Virus record (IMG/VR): IMGVR_UViG_3300029145_000010
Span: 1-38,911 of that record
Reading direction: 5' to 3' (one strand)
Source: a virus
Taxonomy: Duplodnaviria > Caudoviricetes
DNA length: 38,911 nt
Shown here: piece by piece, positions 17,646-26,996 of the stretch
Position numbering within the stretch: the first letter of the stretch is position 1
How the letters are laid out: each line of letters opens with the position of its first letter
Notes under the pieces: model-generated
The model's input: the letters and a program-made list of their open reading frames with translations, nothing else
The model's database searches: none
Told to the model about the DNA's origin: nothing
Position numbers and translations under genes: made by a program

Positions 17646-18878
17646 ATGAACACAGCAATCACCATCTATACTGAAGAACACAAGCAATCAGATTCCGCAA
17701 TCATTCAGCAGGACGTTGATACAACATGGCTCAATTATTGGAAACCAGGCGAAGCCTATCGGGACTTCTTCGCAGACCTCGCCAATATGCCCAGCTCCAA
17801 AACACCTGAACGCCATACCATGCGTGTCTATAGTGGCGGATTAGATTATTTCTTCAAATGCTACGGCACGAATACACTGCCAACCAAATCAGTTGTCAAT
17901 CGGTATATCACCCATCTGCGTCATGAAAAAGAATGGCGTGGCAATAAGGGCTTATCCGTCGCAACAATCGGCAGTAAGTATCTTGCGCCATTGAGGAAAT
18001 ACGTGGACTTTTTAGCATCACAACATATCCAGACCCGTGTCGATGGCAGTCCACTCACCAATCAGGACCGTAACTACATCATGGATGCCCGTGAGCAAAT
18101 GAGAGCCGCAATAAACGTAAAAACCCCCAAGGATGAGAACACGTCCAATCTTGCACCCCTGTATCAGCACGGCGAACGTCTTACTGTCGGGCAAATCCAG
18201 CAACTCTATGACACCTGTGATGTCAATACACTCGCAGGGCTTCGAGACTTCGCTATTCTCTATACAGGCTTCACCACTGGTATGCGGATTGCAGAGCTTC
18301 GCAGGATGACCCTCAGCAAAATCAAAAAGGCAGATGCCTGTTATCTCATCCACGTGCGCCGTAAGCGTGGCAATCGCGATCCAATACCACTGGATCATCA
18401 TGGCTATCAGATCATCACTGCATATGTGCACCGCTATAACAATACCCTGTCATTAGATGATCCGCGCCGTATCACTGTGGATGCACCCCTCTGGCAGGCA
18501 ATACAGCACAATGACACGGCATTCCCGCTCAACTATCAGGGACGAGCCATGCACACCACCGGTATGAGTGCATCAGCCATTCGTTACGTTCTCAAGAAAC
18601 GCGCACGGCAAGCGAATACCGGGAGCCTATCTGATTTTCCTGAATTCGCTCCGCACGACATGCGACGCTCGGCTGCCTCAATAGCCCATCAGAACGGCAT
18701 GCCCATTCCAGAAATTCAGGCGCTACTCGGTCACAAAAACGGTGGGGTAACTCTCAACTACATCGGTAAGCCACCCCAGCCAGAGAAATCACTCATCACA
18801 AATCTACCGGGTATCAACTGGAATATCCCAAATATCCCAAATACACCCCGTCAGACGGAATTGCAGGATGCAATCTAA
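17646..18878 (+). CDS. Tyrosine recombinase A (Xer-like, tandem paralogue)
   Basis: TGMRIAE, RKRG, HDMRR, LGH and Y all intact; likely start MNTAIT after GGAG. Confidence 0.9.
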   Translation: MNTAITIYTEEHKQSDSAIIQQDVDTTWLNYWKPGEAYRDFFADLANMPSSKTPERHTMRVYSGGLDYFFKCYGTNTLPTKSVVNRYITHLRHEKEWRGNKGLSVATIGSKYLAPLRKYVDFLASQHIQTRVDGSPLTNQDRNYIMDAREQMRAAINVKTPKDENTSNLAPLYQHGERLTVGQIQQLYDTCDVNTLAGLRDFAILYTGFTTGMRIAELRRMTLSKIKKADACYLIHVRRKRGNRDPIPLDHHGYQIITAYVHRYNNTLSLDDPRRITVDAPLWQAIQHNDTAFPLNYQGRAMHTTGMSASAIRYVLKKRARQANTGSLSDFPEFAPHDMRRSAASIAHQNGMPIPEIQALLGHKNGGVTLNYIGKPPQPEKSLITNLPGINWNIPNIPNTPRQTELQDAI

Positions 18879-18900
18879 TAACTTTTTTTAGCCAGTAATC

Positions 18901-18928
18901 ACTATACGGAATAACCATTATCAGGAGC
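18901..18928 (-). other. dif-like site GCTCCTGATAA-TGGTTA-TTCCGTATAGT
   Basis: 11-6-11 site between the two recombinases; contains the AGGAG SD of recombinase B. Confidence 0.75.
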
Positions 18929-18935
18929 AAACAAA

Positions 18936-20090
18936 ATGAACACCTTACAACTAATCCAACCAGACAATCAAATAGCAACCATCGACCAGCACCATCATGA
19001 CTTCAACTGGCTCAATTACTTCTCACCATCCAAAGCACTGGAGCAAGTCGCCGCGCATATTGTCACCCTGGGCAGTACCGGCACAACCAACAATACCAAA
19101 AAGATCTATAATTCAGGTCTCAAATACTTCTTTGAGTGGACCAACTGCACCAACCTCCAGCACCCATTCCCGGATGCAGAATACATCAGCACCTATATTG
19201 CACATTTATCCCATGACAAACCCACACGCTCAGGCAAAGGTATCTCGGCTCGCACCATCGCCAGCAAATACCTTGCACCTCTGCGTCTATACCTTCAGAA
19301 GCTCCGCATCCAGCGCATCGAGCAGGGTGATCCGCTCGAAATTATCAAATATAAGAATCATCTGGATGAAGCTCTGGCGATTCGCAATCCCAAACCAAAG
19401 AAGTCAACCAATCAATCCGCACTCTATGCACACGGCAACCGCCTCACCAAATCGCAGGTAGATGAGCTGTTCATGTCCTGCAACCTCAGCACCCTCAGAG
19501 GCAAGCGCAACTATGCACTGCTCTATACCGCATTCACTGTCGCGCTCAGAGTATCCGAACTCCGCAAACTCACCCTCGACGACATCAACCAGACTGAGAA
19601 GGGCTATGAATGTACAGTCACAGGTAAACGCAACAACTCAGACCCCGTCTTTATGGATGCCACCTGCGTCCAACTTATCCGTGATTGGATCACAGCTTAT
19701 AACCAACCATTCGATGATGATGATCCACGTCGCATCACCAACCAGACCCCCATCTGGCAACCGCTAAATCGTGGCAACAATCGCAAAAACAATCACAAAG
19801 CCAGTGAAGGAATCTCACGCGATGGTATCAGCAAACTCCTCGCCAGCATCAGCGAATCAGTCCTCGGATTTAGCATCTCACCCCATGACTGCCGCCGCTC
19901 GTATGCCGCAATGGCTCGTATCAATGGCATCGAGATGGACGCAATCCAGACACAACTGCGCCATGCCTCCATTGCCACCACTCAGATATATGTCGGTGCA
20001 TTGGTCGATAGGAGCAAATCCAGCCTATCAGCAAAAGTCACCTTTGCCACACCACCCAAACAACCCGCTCAACTTGAACTCGGAGCGTAA
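18936..20090 (+). CDS. Tyrosine recombinase B (Xer-like, tandem paralogue)
   Basis: VALRVSE, GKRN, HDCRR, LRH and Y; shares WLNY, SKYLAPLR, LYxHGxRLT and DDPRRIT with recombinase A. Confidence 0.9.
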   Translation: MNTLQLIQPDNQIATIDQHHHDFNWLNYFSPSKALEQVAAHIVTLGSTGTTNNTKKIYNSGLKYFFEWTNCTNLQHPFPDAEYISTYIAHLSHDKPTRSGKGISARTIASKYLAPLRLYLQKLRIQRIEQGDPLEIIKYKNHLDEALAIRNPKPKKSTNQSALYAHGNRLTKSQVDELFMSCNLSTLRGKRNYALLYTAFTVALRVSELRKLTLDDINQTEKGYECTVTGKRNNSDPVFMDATCVQLIRDWITAYNQPFDDDDPRRITNQTPIWQPLNRGNNRKNNHKASEGISRDGISKLLASISESVLGFSISPHDCRRSYAAMARINGIEMDAIQTQLRHASIATTQIYVGALVDRSKSSLSAKVTFATPPKQPAQLELGA

Positions 20091-20157
20091 CCAAATTCTC
20101 TATCAAATACACTGAAGCTGGATGAGATATTTAATTAGGGATCTCCCCTGGTCCCCG

Positions 20158-20190
20158 AAAGCCCCACGCGTAACTGGGGCTTTTTGCTTT
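20158..20190. terminator. Intrinsic terminator between convergent genes, probably bidirectional
   Basis: AAAGCCCCA...TGGGGCTTT hairpin followed by T-tracts. Confidence 0.75.
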
Positions 20191-20197
20191 TGATCTC

Positions 20198-20335
20198 TCA
20201 CACCCCGCCATTCGCAATCCAGACCAACCCCAGAACAATCACAATCAACAATACCAACGCCCACCAGGGCATAGGCTCATCATCTTCAGCATGCCTTGAA
20301 CCCCTCATCTTTTTATAAAACCACTTCTTATTCAT
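20198..20335 (-). CDS. 45-aa single-pass membrane protein (absent from the ORF track)
   Basis: MNKKWFYKKMRGSRHAEDDEPMPWWALVLLIVIVLGLVWIANGGV, SD GAGGTG. Confidence 0.6.
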   Translation of the reverse strand: MNKKWFYKKMRGSRHAEDDEPMPWWALVLLIVIVLGLVWIANGGV

Positions 20336-20343
20336 TATTCACC

Positions 20344-20805
20344 TCATCTAAATGCAGGGTTCAAATCATACGCCTCAGAAATTCCACGCAACTCTAACTG
20401 ACCAGAAGCATCACACGGGAAATCATTAATCATCTCCGCGCTCATCTCCACCGTCAGACCATTAATCCGCTCATCCGCATCCGTCAGCATAAACGCACTG
20501 AACTGCATATCCTTATCCGTATACTCCCGACCAGCACACAACATCTGAATTATCTGATACTCAGCAAAACTCACATCAGACCGCGTATCAAATGACACAT
20601 TTACAAAATCATTATCATGCACAGCTCTCAAATTCGTATTCAATACCCCGTCAATCGCCTGCTCCAGTTCTGAGCGCATATCTTCTGTAGCAATCGCTTG
20701 AGGACGAGGAGCAGAAGGCGCACCCCCCATCAAACCACCCACAACATTAATCCCAATCACCACCAGCACAAACGCCACTAAAATCATCACCACCCGTCTG
20801 CACAT
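20344..20805 (-). CDS. Membrane-anchored extracytoplasmic hypothetical protein
   Basis: N-terminal hydrophobic helix, Pro linker, acidic domain; SD GAGGAG. Confidence 0.65.
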   Translation of the reverse strand: MCRRVVMILVAFVLVVIGINVVGGLMGGAPSAPRPQAIATEDMRSELEQAIDGVLNTNLRAVHDNDFVNVSFDTRSDVSFAEYQIIQMLCAGREYTDKDMQFSAFMLTDADERINGLTVEMSAEMINDFPCDASGQLELRGISEAYDLNPAFR

Positions 20806-20871
20806 ATTCCAAACTCCTCTCGCTTATCCCAAATAAATAAGATCGAATCTTCTGTAAACCTATCATACAAC

Positions 20872-20900
20872 AAAAAATCCCCTCGCAATATCAAGGGGAT
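20872..20900 (-). terminator. Intrinsic terminator at the end of the late operon
   Basis: ATCCCCT...AGGGGAT stem plus a U-tract on the minus strand. Confidence 0.6.
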
Positions 20901-20903
20901 CTC

Positions 20904-20931
20904 CTTTGTGATAACTTACATTATGTAAGCC
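20904..20931 (+). other. dif-like site CTTTGTGATAA-CTTACA-TTATGTAAGCC
   Basis: Closest site to the canonical dif core ATAA-N6-TTATGT; left border of the foreign module. Confidence 0.75.
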
Positions 20932-21021
20932 GTCGTCATGGGTCGTATTTGTTCGCCTCGCCTAGTAGCATGACTGCTATTGCCACCACGATGATTACGA
21001 TTGAGATGTCGAATACTGTTG

Positions 21022-22494
21022 TCATGATGTTTTCTCCAATACGAAACATCCAAAATCAGGAAATGTGGTAGCTGGTGCTGTCCACTGCACAGGTGCTTGC
21101 ACACTACGATTACTCGCTTGCATATCCACTGTAATTGTGCCATCTTGAGCAACCGTGCCAGTCTGAATGTCCACAAAGTAATCTTGCACATTCCGTAATC
21201 GGTAGCTGTCTCCTGCGTTCAGAACGCTACTCACATTGACTTGTACCGTGTTAGCTTGTGCCTGATTGTAGATGGTGATATTGGCTCTATTAACATCGTA
21301 GTCATTACCTCTTACGAACACTTGATTACCTACTGTTGTCCAATTGTTACCGCTTTCGCTAATTGCGGTATATGTACCTGCTTTGCCATTCGGAAAATAA
21401 TTGTCCTCTAGTGTTACATCCTCAGCACCACCAACATAAAACCGTAGACCACGCGACAACGCACCATAGGTCATATTGGCTTGGATTTTCGGTGCTGGCA
21501 CTACACCACTCTCTGCGCCAATCAATATATCATCATAGCCAGTGCCGTGCAGGATTCCAGCAGTGAAACAGGTATTGCCAATGAACTCCATACCGACAAG
21601 GTTGTCACTATTACTAGAATAGGCATGAATACCCCACCCAAAATTTTGGAAGATGATGCAATCTTTTATCAGCTTAACGCCACTGGAATTTTGTGCATAG
21701 ATACCGTGTCCATGTCCTCTATCTGGTGCTGTCCATCCATTGTTAAAAATGACGCAACCATACAATTCTGCGCTTGTGGCTTCCGTCCAAAATCCAGGAC
21801 TAAACAAATCGTGAATGACACAATTAATCAGCTTGATACCCTGCGCGGCAATGCGGAGGTCATTGGTGCTGATATCTGTCGGCGTACTGCCAGATTGTGC
21901 TGATACGCGACTTGACCATGAACTATTGCGAAATACAATATTTTTCCAGATTGTGTGGCTACAATCGTTGTTGAACACCGTATTGGCATCCAACACCACC
22001 GTTGCGCCAGCTTCAGGCTGATAGGTGATCGGGTTTTCAGATGTACCTTTGATAAATGGTACAGGCAAGTGGGTGTATACGCCATCGGGGATTGTTACCG
22101 TTGTTGGTAGCACTCCACTACTGCCGAAATTAGCAGGTATATCCGCGAGTGTTTGTACCCATGTCCACGATTGACCGATTGTACCGCTTGCTCCCATACT
22201 TTTTTCGAGAAGCAGACCATCAGGATTACCAACAATCCAGTAACGATACTCTGGAAACTCATCTATCCATGCCTGAATACCCGTTCGCATGTCAGCGGTT
22301 GCAGTCGTGTTGATGGCAATTACGGATACACCGTTCACAGTCTGGATTGCACTATTAAACATCAGCCGTTCGTCAGTCTCCGATTGCAAGCTACCATTAG
22401 ACGCAAACAGATTTGCGAGTTTGTGTCGGTTGAATTGCAGGTTGACATCGCCTGGTAAAAACAGATACATGCGATATATCCACACCGTTGCCAT
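21022..22494 (-). CDS. Right-handed beta-helix (pectin-lyase-like) protein, possible depolymerase or tailspike
   Basis: Parallel beta-helix repeats (LINCVIHD, YGCVIFNNG, HGHGIYAQN, DCIIFQNFGWGIHAY). Confidence 0.75.
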   Translation of the reverse strand: MATVWIYRMYLFLPGDVNLQFNRHKLANLFASNGSLQSETDERLMFNSAIQTVNGVSVIAINTTATADMRTGIQAWIDEFPEYRYWIVGNPDGLLLEKSMGASGTIGQSWTWVQTLADIPANFGSSGVLPTTVTIPDGVYTHLPVPFIKGTSENPITYQPEAGATVVLDANTVFNNDCSHTIWKNIVFRNSSWSSRVSAQSGSTPTDISTNDLRIAAQGIKLINCVIHDLFSPGFWTEATSAELYGCVIFNNGWTAPDRGHGHGIYAQNSSGVKLIKDCIIFQNFGWGIHAYSSNSDNLVGMEFIGNTCFTAGILHGTGYDDILIGAESGVVPAPKIQANMTYGALSRGLRFYVGGAEDVTLEDNYFPNGKAGTYTAISESGNNWTTVGNQVFVRGNDYDVNRANITIYNQAQANTVQVNVSSVLNAGDSYRLRNVQDYFVDIQTGTVAQDGTITVDMQASNRSVQAPVQWTAPATTFPDFGCFVLEKTS

Positions 22495-23288
22495 TAGATT
22501 TCTGCGACGGTGATACCAAATCGTGTGCCAAGATAGGTATGCAGGTTGTTGAGTTGTGCGTCGGTTAATGCAGTATTGGCGATAATGACCGACGCTTCGT
22601 CCGCGTCAGGCTCGTATAAATCAGCAGCAAATGGAGAACCACTAATACACATACCTGCGCTTCCAAAGTCTTGGAGTGCAACAGTATGTGTACCGCTACC
22701 GTGAGCTGCTCCATTTTTAAACCACTCCCACGCATTCGCATTGTTGCGATAGGTAAAAATACCCCAGGTACCTACTGCGTAGATATCATTATTGCTAACC
22801 GCGTCACTGACTGCCGAACCGTTGCCATGACGAACGCTCAGACGACCAAGAGTAGCGACATTTATCTCATAAGCAGTATCGAGTCCTCTGTCGGTTATGC
22901 CACGACGAAGCAATACGCCACCGCTTGCGTCAATTTTAGCTACAACGGTAATCGTAATGCTACCAGTGATCGCCAAACCAGTTTGCGTAGGTATCGGAAA
23001 CCGTTTTGTGCCATCATTAACCATTGCTGGCTTGCTGTTGATAGCAGTCAAGCCAAGTGTCAACTTGTCGGCTGTCGTTGCCTGTACACAATGGTTGTTA
23101 TTATCACTGCGATCAAGGACTTTGCCTAACACATCACCGTTGTCGTCTGCGGCAATCGTTCCCGCGTCGTCCTCAAAGCGGTAGGTTGCGTCTGGTTGTA
23201 TCCAAAGCGCGAGGTTTTCACCGAGGTCAGACGGCGAGAACGCACTCGCACCACTCAGCACCGTCACCAATAATTTCTTTAAATCCAT
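22494..23288 (-). CDS. LamG/concanavalin-A-like lectin-fold virion protein
   Basis: FSPSDL...ALW...DRSDNNNH...Q and IIANTALTDAQL...YLGTRFGI; likely start MDLKK, just inside a dif-like site. Confidence 0.75.
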   Translation of the reverse strand: MDLKKLLVTVLSGASAFSPSDLGENLALWIQPDATYRFEDDAGTIAADDNGDVLGKVLDRSDNNNHCVQATTADKLTLGLTAINSKPAMVNDGTKRFPIPTQTGLAITGSITITVVAKIDASGGVLLRRGITDRGLDTAYEINVATLGRLSVRHGNGSAVSDAVSNNDIYAVGTWGIFTYRNNANAWEWFKNGAAHGSGTHTVALQDFGSAGMCISGSPFAADLYEPDADEASVIIANTALTDAQLNNLHTYLGTRFGITVAEI

Positions 23289-23298
23289 GTTTTGTCTC

Positions 23299-23326
23299 GC
23301 TTCACATAAGGAACTTTCTAATAATG
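23299..23326 (-). other. dif-like site CATTATTAGAA-AGTTCC-TTATGTGAAGC
   Basis: Inverted relative to 20904; right border of the foreign module. Confidence 0.65.
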
Positions 23327-23352
23327 GTGATGTCTTGCGTTGCTTAAAACCT

Positions 23353-25017
23353 CTAAGCCGCCCAGACGTAATCACCGCAAATTTCCGTCATATCTTGACC
23401 AGCTGACCACCGCTCAAGCAATCGGTGCATCTCATATAAAAATGGATTCTGCACCCCACTCACGTCAAAACTGTTCCACAGCTTATTCGTGGACCATGTA
23501 AACAAATTCACACCCACATAATTATCAGGCGCAATATAATCCCACCACATCATCTGGCAGACAGCAGCTTCAGCGTCTGTCCACTGAGGATAATAAGCAC
23601 TCCATAAATTGTCATAGGATGGTATCCCGCGCATATCACGGAAATACTTATCAATCCCGTATTGTTCTCTCCACATCTGAACAGGCTCGATACCACCCGG
23701 CACATTTATATCTGAGAGATTGTCCCACAAGCCCTCTGTATTAATAATCTGAATCTGACTGCTATCCAATCCAATACACTCAGCACGCATCAAAAGCCAG
23801 CTGGTCCGCAGGATATGCCAGTAAGATGGCAACACACCACCACACTCAGCACTCTGGGCAACCACAGGTCTTATCACTTGAGACCGCTCATATTCTCCAA
23901 ATGGGGATGTAAGCGGATGATAGCCAGCCTGAGCAGAGAAGGGCAGATAAGCTATCGGCAAATCAGTCACCCAGTTGTCCGGGTGCATAGCGTCAGGTGA
24001 AATCAATTGCTCTCTTGAATACACCCCCACCCCAAAAGGAAGAATACCCGTCGTATACTCATGACCCCCTACCTTGTGCTTACCGCGAATAACCGCCCGT
24101 AACCACTCATCAAACAGCCCACCATTAACCGCCCAATCTGGTAAGGTCCCGACCGCGAAATTCCCCACAGCCAGACGAATACCTTCGTTTCGTGCCGCTT
24201 CCATCAAAGCAATCTCAGAAGCAATAAAAGCCCCTACGTCATAGAGGCTCGGTTCATTAGTCGTATAACGGATAACCTCATAGCATCCTTCACCCCTCCA
24301 GCGGAATATCCACTCAGCAGGATTAGGGCGCAATGCCCACTCCTCGCCTTCAAAGCGGCTATAATCCCGATGGATGATGATCGTATTCGGCAATCGTTCG
24401 ACCGCTTCACACGCCGCAAAGATATTGTCCATTATCAGGAGCGTCGTTGGCTGTAATTCCTCCAGATGTGACCAGAGATAATCCCAATCCGGTACAGCTA
24501 CCCCATTGACGTTGTACGAGATACGCATCTGAGCAGACTGTGACACAGGCACACGGTCAATATCACCATTGATAAATGTCACCCAGGACCCGTTGAATAT
24601 CCAACCATCCGCAACCTGCAACCATCCATCACGTTTTGATAGCACCTCGAACGTACTACCACTGGATGCCACCCGCACAACTGAACCATCCGGAGCAGAG
24701 CGAATATTCGCGTTTGCACTCAACTCTATCTGGTTTAAGCTCTCGCGTGTCGGTGATGGCTCAACCGGTACCGTCGCCGTAACTGTTGGCGATGGCGTAG
24801 CAGTAGGAATATTTGTAGGAATAATTGCCACCGTAGGCGTAATTGTCGGCGAGGGCGTAACCGTCACCGTCACATCAGGCGGAGATAACTCAATACCATC
24901 CGCCAGAATGATGAAATACAACCTATCAGCAGAACATGCTGTCAGCACCAACGCCAACAGCAATATCGCAAATCTAGTGACTAGCTTCACTGAGCGCATC
25001 CTTATTAACACTTTCAC
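23353..25017 (-). CDS. Putative lipoprotein with PT linker, SH3-like domain and glycoside-hydrolase-like barrel (candidate lysin)
   Basis: Lipobox LTAC, TPSPT linker, ANIRSAP...GWLQV...GWI (SH3b), NEP, HEY and TE motifs of clan GH-A type. Confidence 0.6.
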   Translation of the reverse strand: MKVLIRMRSVKLVTRFAILLLALVLTACSADRLYFIILADGIELSPPDVTVTVTPSPTITPTVAIIPTNIPTATPSPTVTATVPVEPSPTRESLNQIELSANANIRSAPDGSVVRVASSGSTFEVLSKRDGWLQVADGWIFNGSWVTFINGDIDRVPVSQSAQMRISYNVNGVAVPDWDYLWSHLEELQPTTLLIMDNIFAACEAVERLPNTIIIHRDYSRFEGEEWALRPNPAEWIFRWRGEGCYEVIRYTTNEPSLYDVGAFIASEIALMEAARNEGIRLAVGNFAVGTLPDWAVNGGLFDEWLRAVIRGKHKVGGHEYTTGILPFGVGVYSREQLISPDAMHPDNWVTDLPIAYLPFSAQAGYHPLTSPFGEYERSQVIRPVVAQSAECGGVLPSYWHILRTSWLLMRAECIGLDSSQIQIINTEGLWDNLSDINVPGGIEPVQMWREQYGIDKYFRDMRGIPSYDNLWSAYYPQWTDAEAAVCQMMWWDYIAPDNYVGVNLFTWSTNKLWNSFDVSGVQNPFLYEMHRLLERWSAGQDMTEICGDYVWAA

Positions 25018-25447
25018 GCATCGGAATAGGAGGAGGTTCTACAATGCCATCCATCCAATCACGGAGCATCGCCTTCACCTCGTCATCTAAATCAGTGAAC
25101 TCAAAATTCGTATAGGGGTCAATCACATCAAGAATAGAATTAGCATACCGTCGTCGCTCAGGAGACCATTGAGTAATGCGTCTTTCAACCACATCACCAA
25201 TGCCATCATCACGAATAATGCGGATAGCACGTCCAGCACCCTCCATGAACTTGCCAGTCTGATACCCATTCACCAGTACCAATATGATCGAAATACTACC
25301 AACAACTACCATCCCGATAATGACTTCCCCATCATAAGCAGCAACAACCACAGGTTCTACTTCCTGCGCTGAAGCAGGTGACCCCACCATCATGAACATC
25401 CACACCATCACCAGTAACGCGAAAAATAACCTATCCTTCATCATCAA
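24974..25447 (-). CDS. Membrane protein (lysis region)
   Basis: Signal-peptide-like N-terminus plus a second TM helix. Confidence 0.55.
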   Translation of the reverse strand: MMMKDRLFFALLVMVWMFMMVGSPASAQEVEPVVVAAYDGEVIIGMVVVGSISIILVLVNGYQTGKFMEGAGRAIRIIRDDGIGDVVERRITQWSPERRRYANSILDVIDPYTNFEFTDLDDEVKAMLRDWMDGIVEPPPIPMRESVNKDALSEASH

Positions 25448-25946
25448 CCTCCTCTACAATCTCCGAATTATCTTTAATATGTGAAATCCACGTATCAGAC
25501 AGAGCATTATCTGCAATCAATTCATCTAGCTCGGACGTGCTCAATTCAATACCGGTCTCCTCAAATAATTTACGCCGCAAAAACTCGACCTTACGCTCAA
25601 GGACTGAGATCTGCTTCGTCTTTTTTGTATTGTCCTCAGTAAGCTCCTCGATCTTCTTCTCCATCTCAGATAACTTTCTGTCAAACTTACCTTCATTCTC
25701 AGATTGATTGGTCTCTAGCAGCTCAATCCGACGCAATAAGCGGTCCGCAATACTCGTACTTGCCAGCATGGCATCCACAGATTGACGCAATGTTTCCGCC
25801 TGATGCTCACCACCACCACCGGAAACAACCGTCGCCTTGTTATATGCCTGCGCTTTTGCCGTCTCTGGAGTAGGATTCTTAAATACGGTCAGCACAAACC
25901 AACCCAATAAGGTCCCTCCAAATATGGCGAGGGATTGTATATCCAT
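25431..25946 (-). CDS. Membrane-anchored coiled-coil protein (lysis region)
   Basis: N-terminal TM helix and heptad-rich centre. Confidence 0.6.
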   Translation of the reverse strand: MDIQSLAIFGGTLLGWFVLTVFKNPTPETAKAQAYNKATVVSGGGGEHQAETLRQSVDAMLASTSIADRLLRRIELLETNQSENEGKFDRKLSEMEKKIEELTEDNTKKTKQISVLERKVEFLRRKLFEETGIELSTSELDELIADNALSDTWISHIKDNSEIVEEVDDEG

Positions 25947-25948
25947 GC

Positions 25949-26443
25949 CTATCCCCCCTTAGAGGCTTGTCGCACCGCTTGCAATTCTTTCGCCAATTCC
26001 ACATTAGCCGCTTGTGTTGCATCCAGCTTCAGCACCAGCGAATAACTCAGCGCAATAAACGCAATCAGACCACCATACGCAATCAGATGAAGCAGAGGAG
26101 CAGTCCGTGATTGTGATACCTGAATCACCAGCGACGCAAACACCAGCACACCCGGCAAGCTCAATCCCATAATCGCGTTCAGATTAGGACGCATCTTGTA
26201 AACCAGAGGCATCAATATCCCTGCAACAAACAAAATCAGCACCACAAACGTCGGCTCAACCCCGTACTCGCGTAATAAATAATTCGAGCTAGGATTATTC
26301 GGACGCACAAACACCGCCACAGCAGATACAATCATCAGCAACGACAAACACCAGACGAACTTAATCGCATACGGAATATCATCCCAATCCGTCTTAGCTG
26401 TCACCACAACCTGATTAGCCGCAAAATTAACCATCTCACACAC
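25949..26443 (-). CDS. Four-TM membrane protein, holin candidate
   Basis: Four hydrophobic helices; first gene after the tail-module terminator. Confidence 0.5.
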   Translation of the reverse strand: MCEMVNFAANQVVVTAKTDWDDIPYAIKFVWCLSLLMIVSAVAVFVRPNNPSSNYLLREYGVEPTFVVLILFVAGILMPLVYKMRPNLNAIMGLSLPGVLVFASLVIQVSQSRTAPLLHLIAYGGLIAFIALSYSLVLKLDATQAANVELAKELQAVRQASKGG

Positions 26444-26455
26444 CTCTCACCAATT

Positions 26456-26480
26456 AAAAAGAGCTTACCAGTTGGTAAGC
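26456..26480 (-). terminator. Intrinsic terminator after the tail genes
   Basis: GCTTACCA-N2-TGGTAAGC plus a U-tract on the minus strand. Confidence 0.6.
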
Positions 26481-26491
26481 CCCTCAACGCT

Positions 26492-26519
26492 TCTCGTCAT
26501 AACCCATTTTCTGTAGAGC
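26492..26519 (+). other. dif-like site TCTCGTCATAA-CCCATT-TTCTGTAGAGC
   Basis: 11-6-11 site at the tail/lysis module boundary. Confidence 0.8.
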
Positions 26520-26522
26520 TAA

Positions 26523-26996
26523 CTATGTCAACAGCGCAACCACCATCTCAACCGCCAGGATATACCGTTGACGATCAGTTGCATTCGGCGTTTCCAGATT
26601 CAGCGTCCACCCGAACGAATTCGACATCAGCGCAATCTGATTACTCACAACCTGCGCCAGATAAACATTCCCATCCACAGCCGCCTTAACCGTGCTATAA
26701 ATATCGCCCACATTCGGCGAAGCATTCAGCAACTGCGTCCGCAAATAGGTTTTACCCTGCTCCAGTGCCACCACAGCAGCATCACGCACCTTTTGCTCAT
26801 CCGTCAACACAGTCGCATCATGAGCATCAATCACCGCCTGCACCGCAGAGTCACTCACGCCCTCAGCAAAAATATCAACGCGCCAACCCTCAGCATCCGT
26901 TGATAAGCCAATATTACCCAGTTGTGCCAGCTCAGCCTGTAAAAGCTCATGATTAATCCCATTTGCAGGAATCGTGCTTGGTCGATAAATACCCAT
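26523..26996 (-). CDS. Putative tail-tip accessory or chaperone protein
   Basis: 157 aa, AVIDAHD motif, follows the minor tail gene. Confidence 0.5.
   Translation of the reverse strand: MGIYRPSTIPANGINHELLQAELAQLGNIGLSTDAEGWRVDIFAEGVSDSAVQAVIDAHDATVLTDEQKVRDAAVVALEQGKTYLRTQLLNASPNVGDIYSTVKAAVDGNVYLAQVVSNQIALMSNSFGWTLNLETPNATDRQRYILAVEMVVALLT

Noticed and set aside
20916-21191. 91-aa ORF and the N-terminal extension of ORF 22494-23375
   Set aside because: The first overlaps the beta-helix gene out of frame. The extension runs through the dif-like site and overlaps the upstream gene; the start at 23288 is more plausible.
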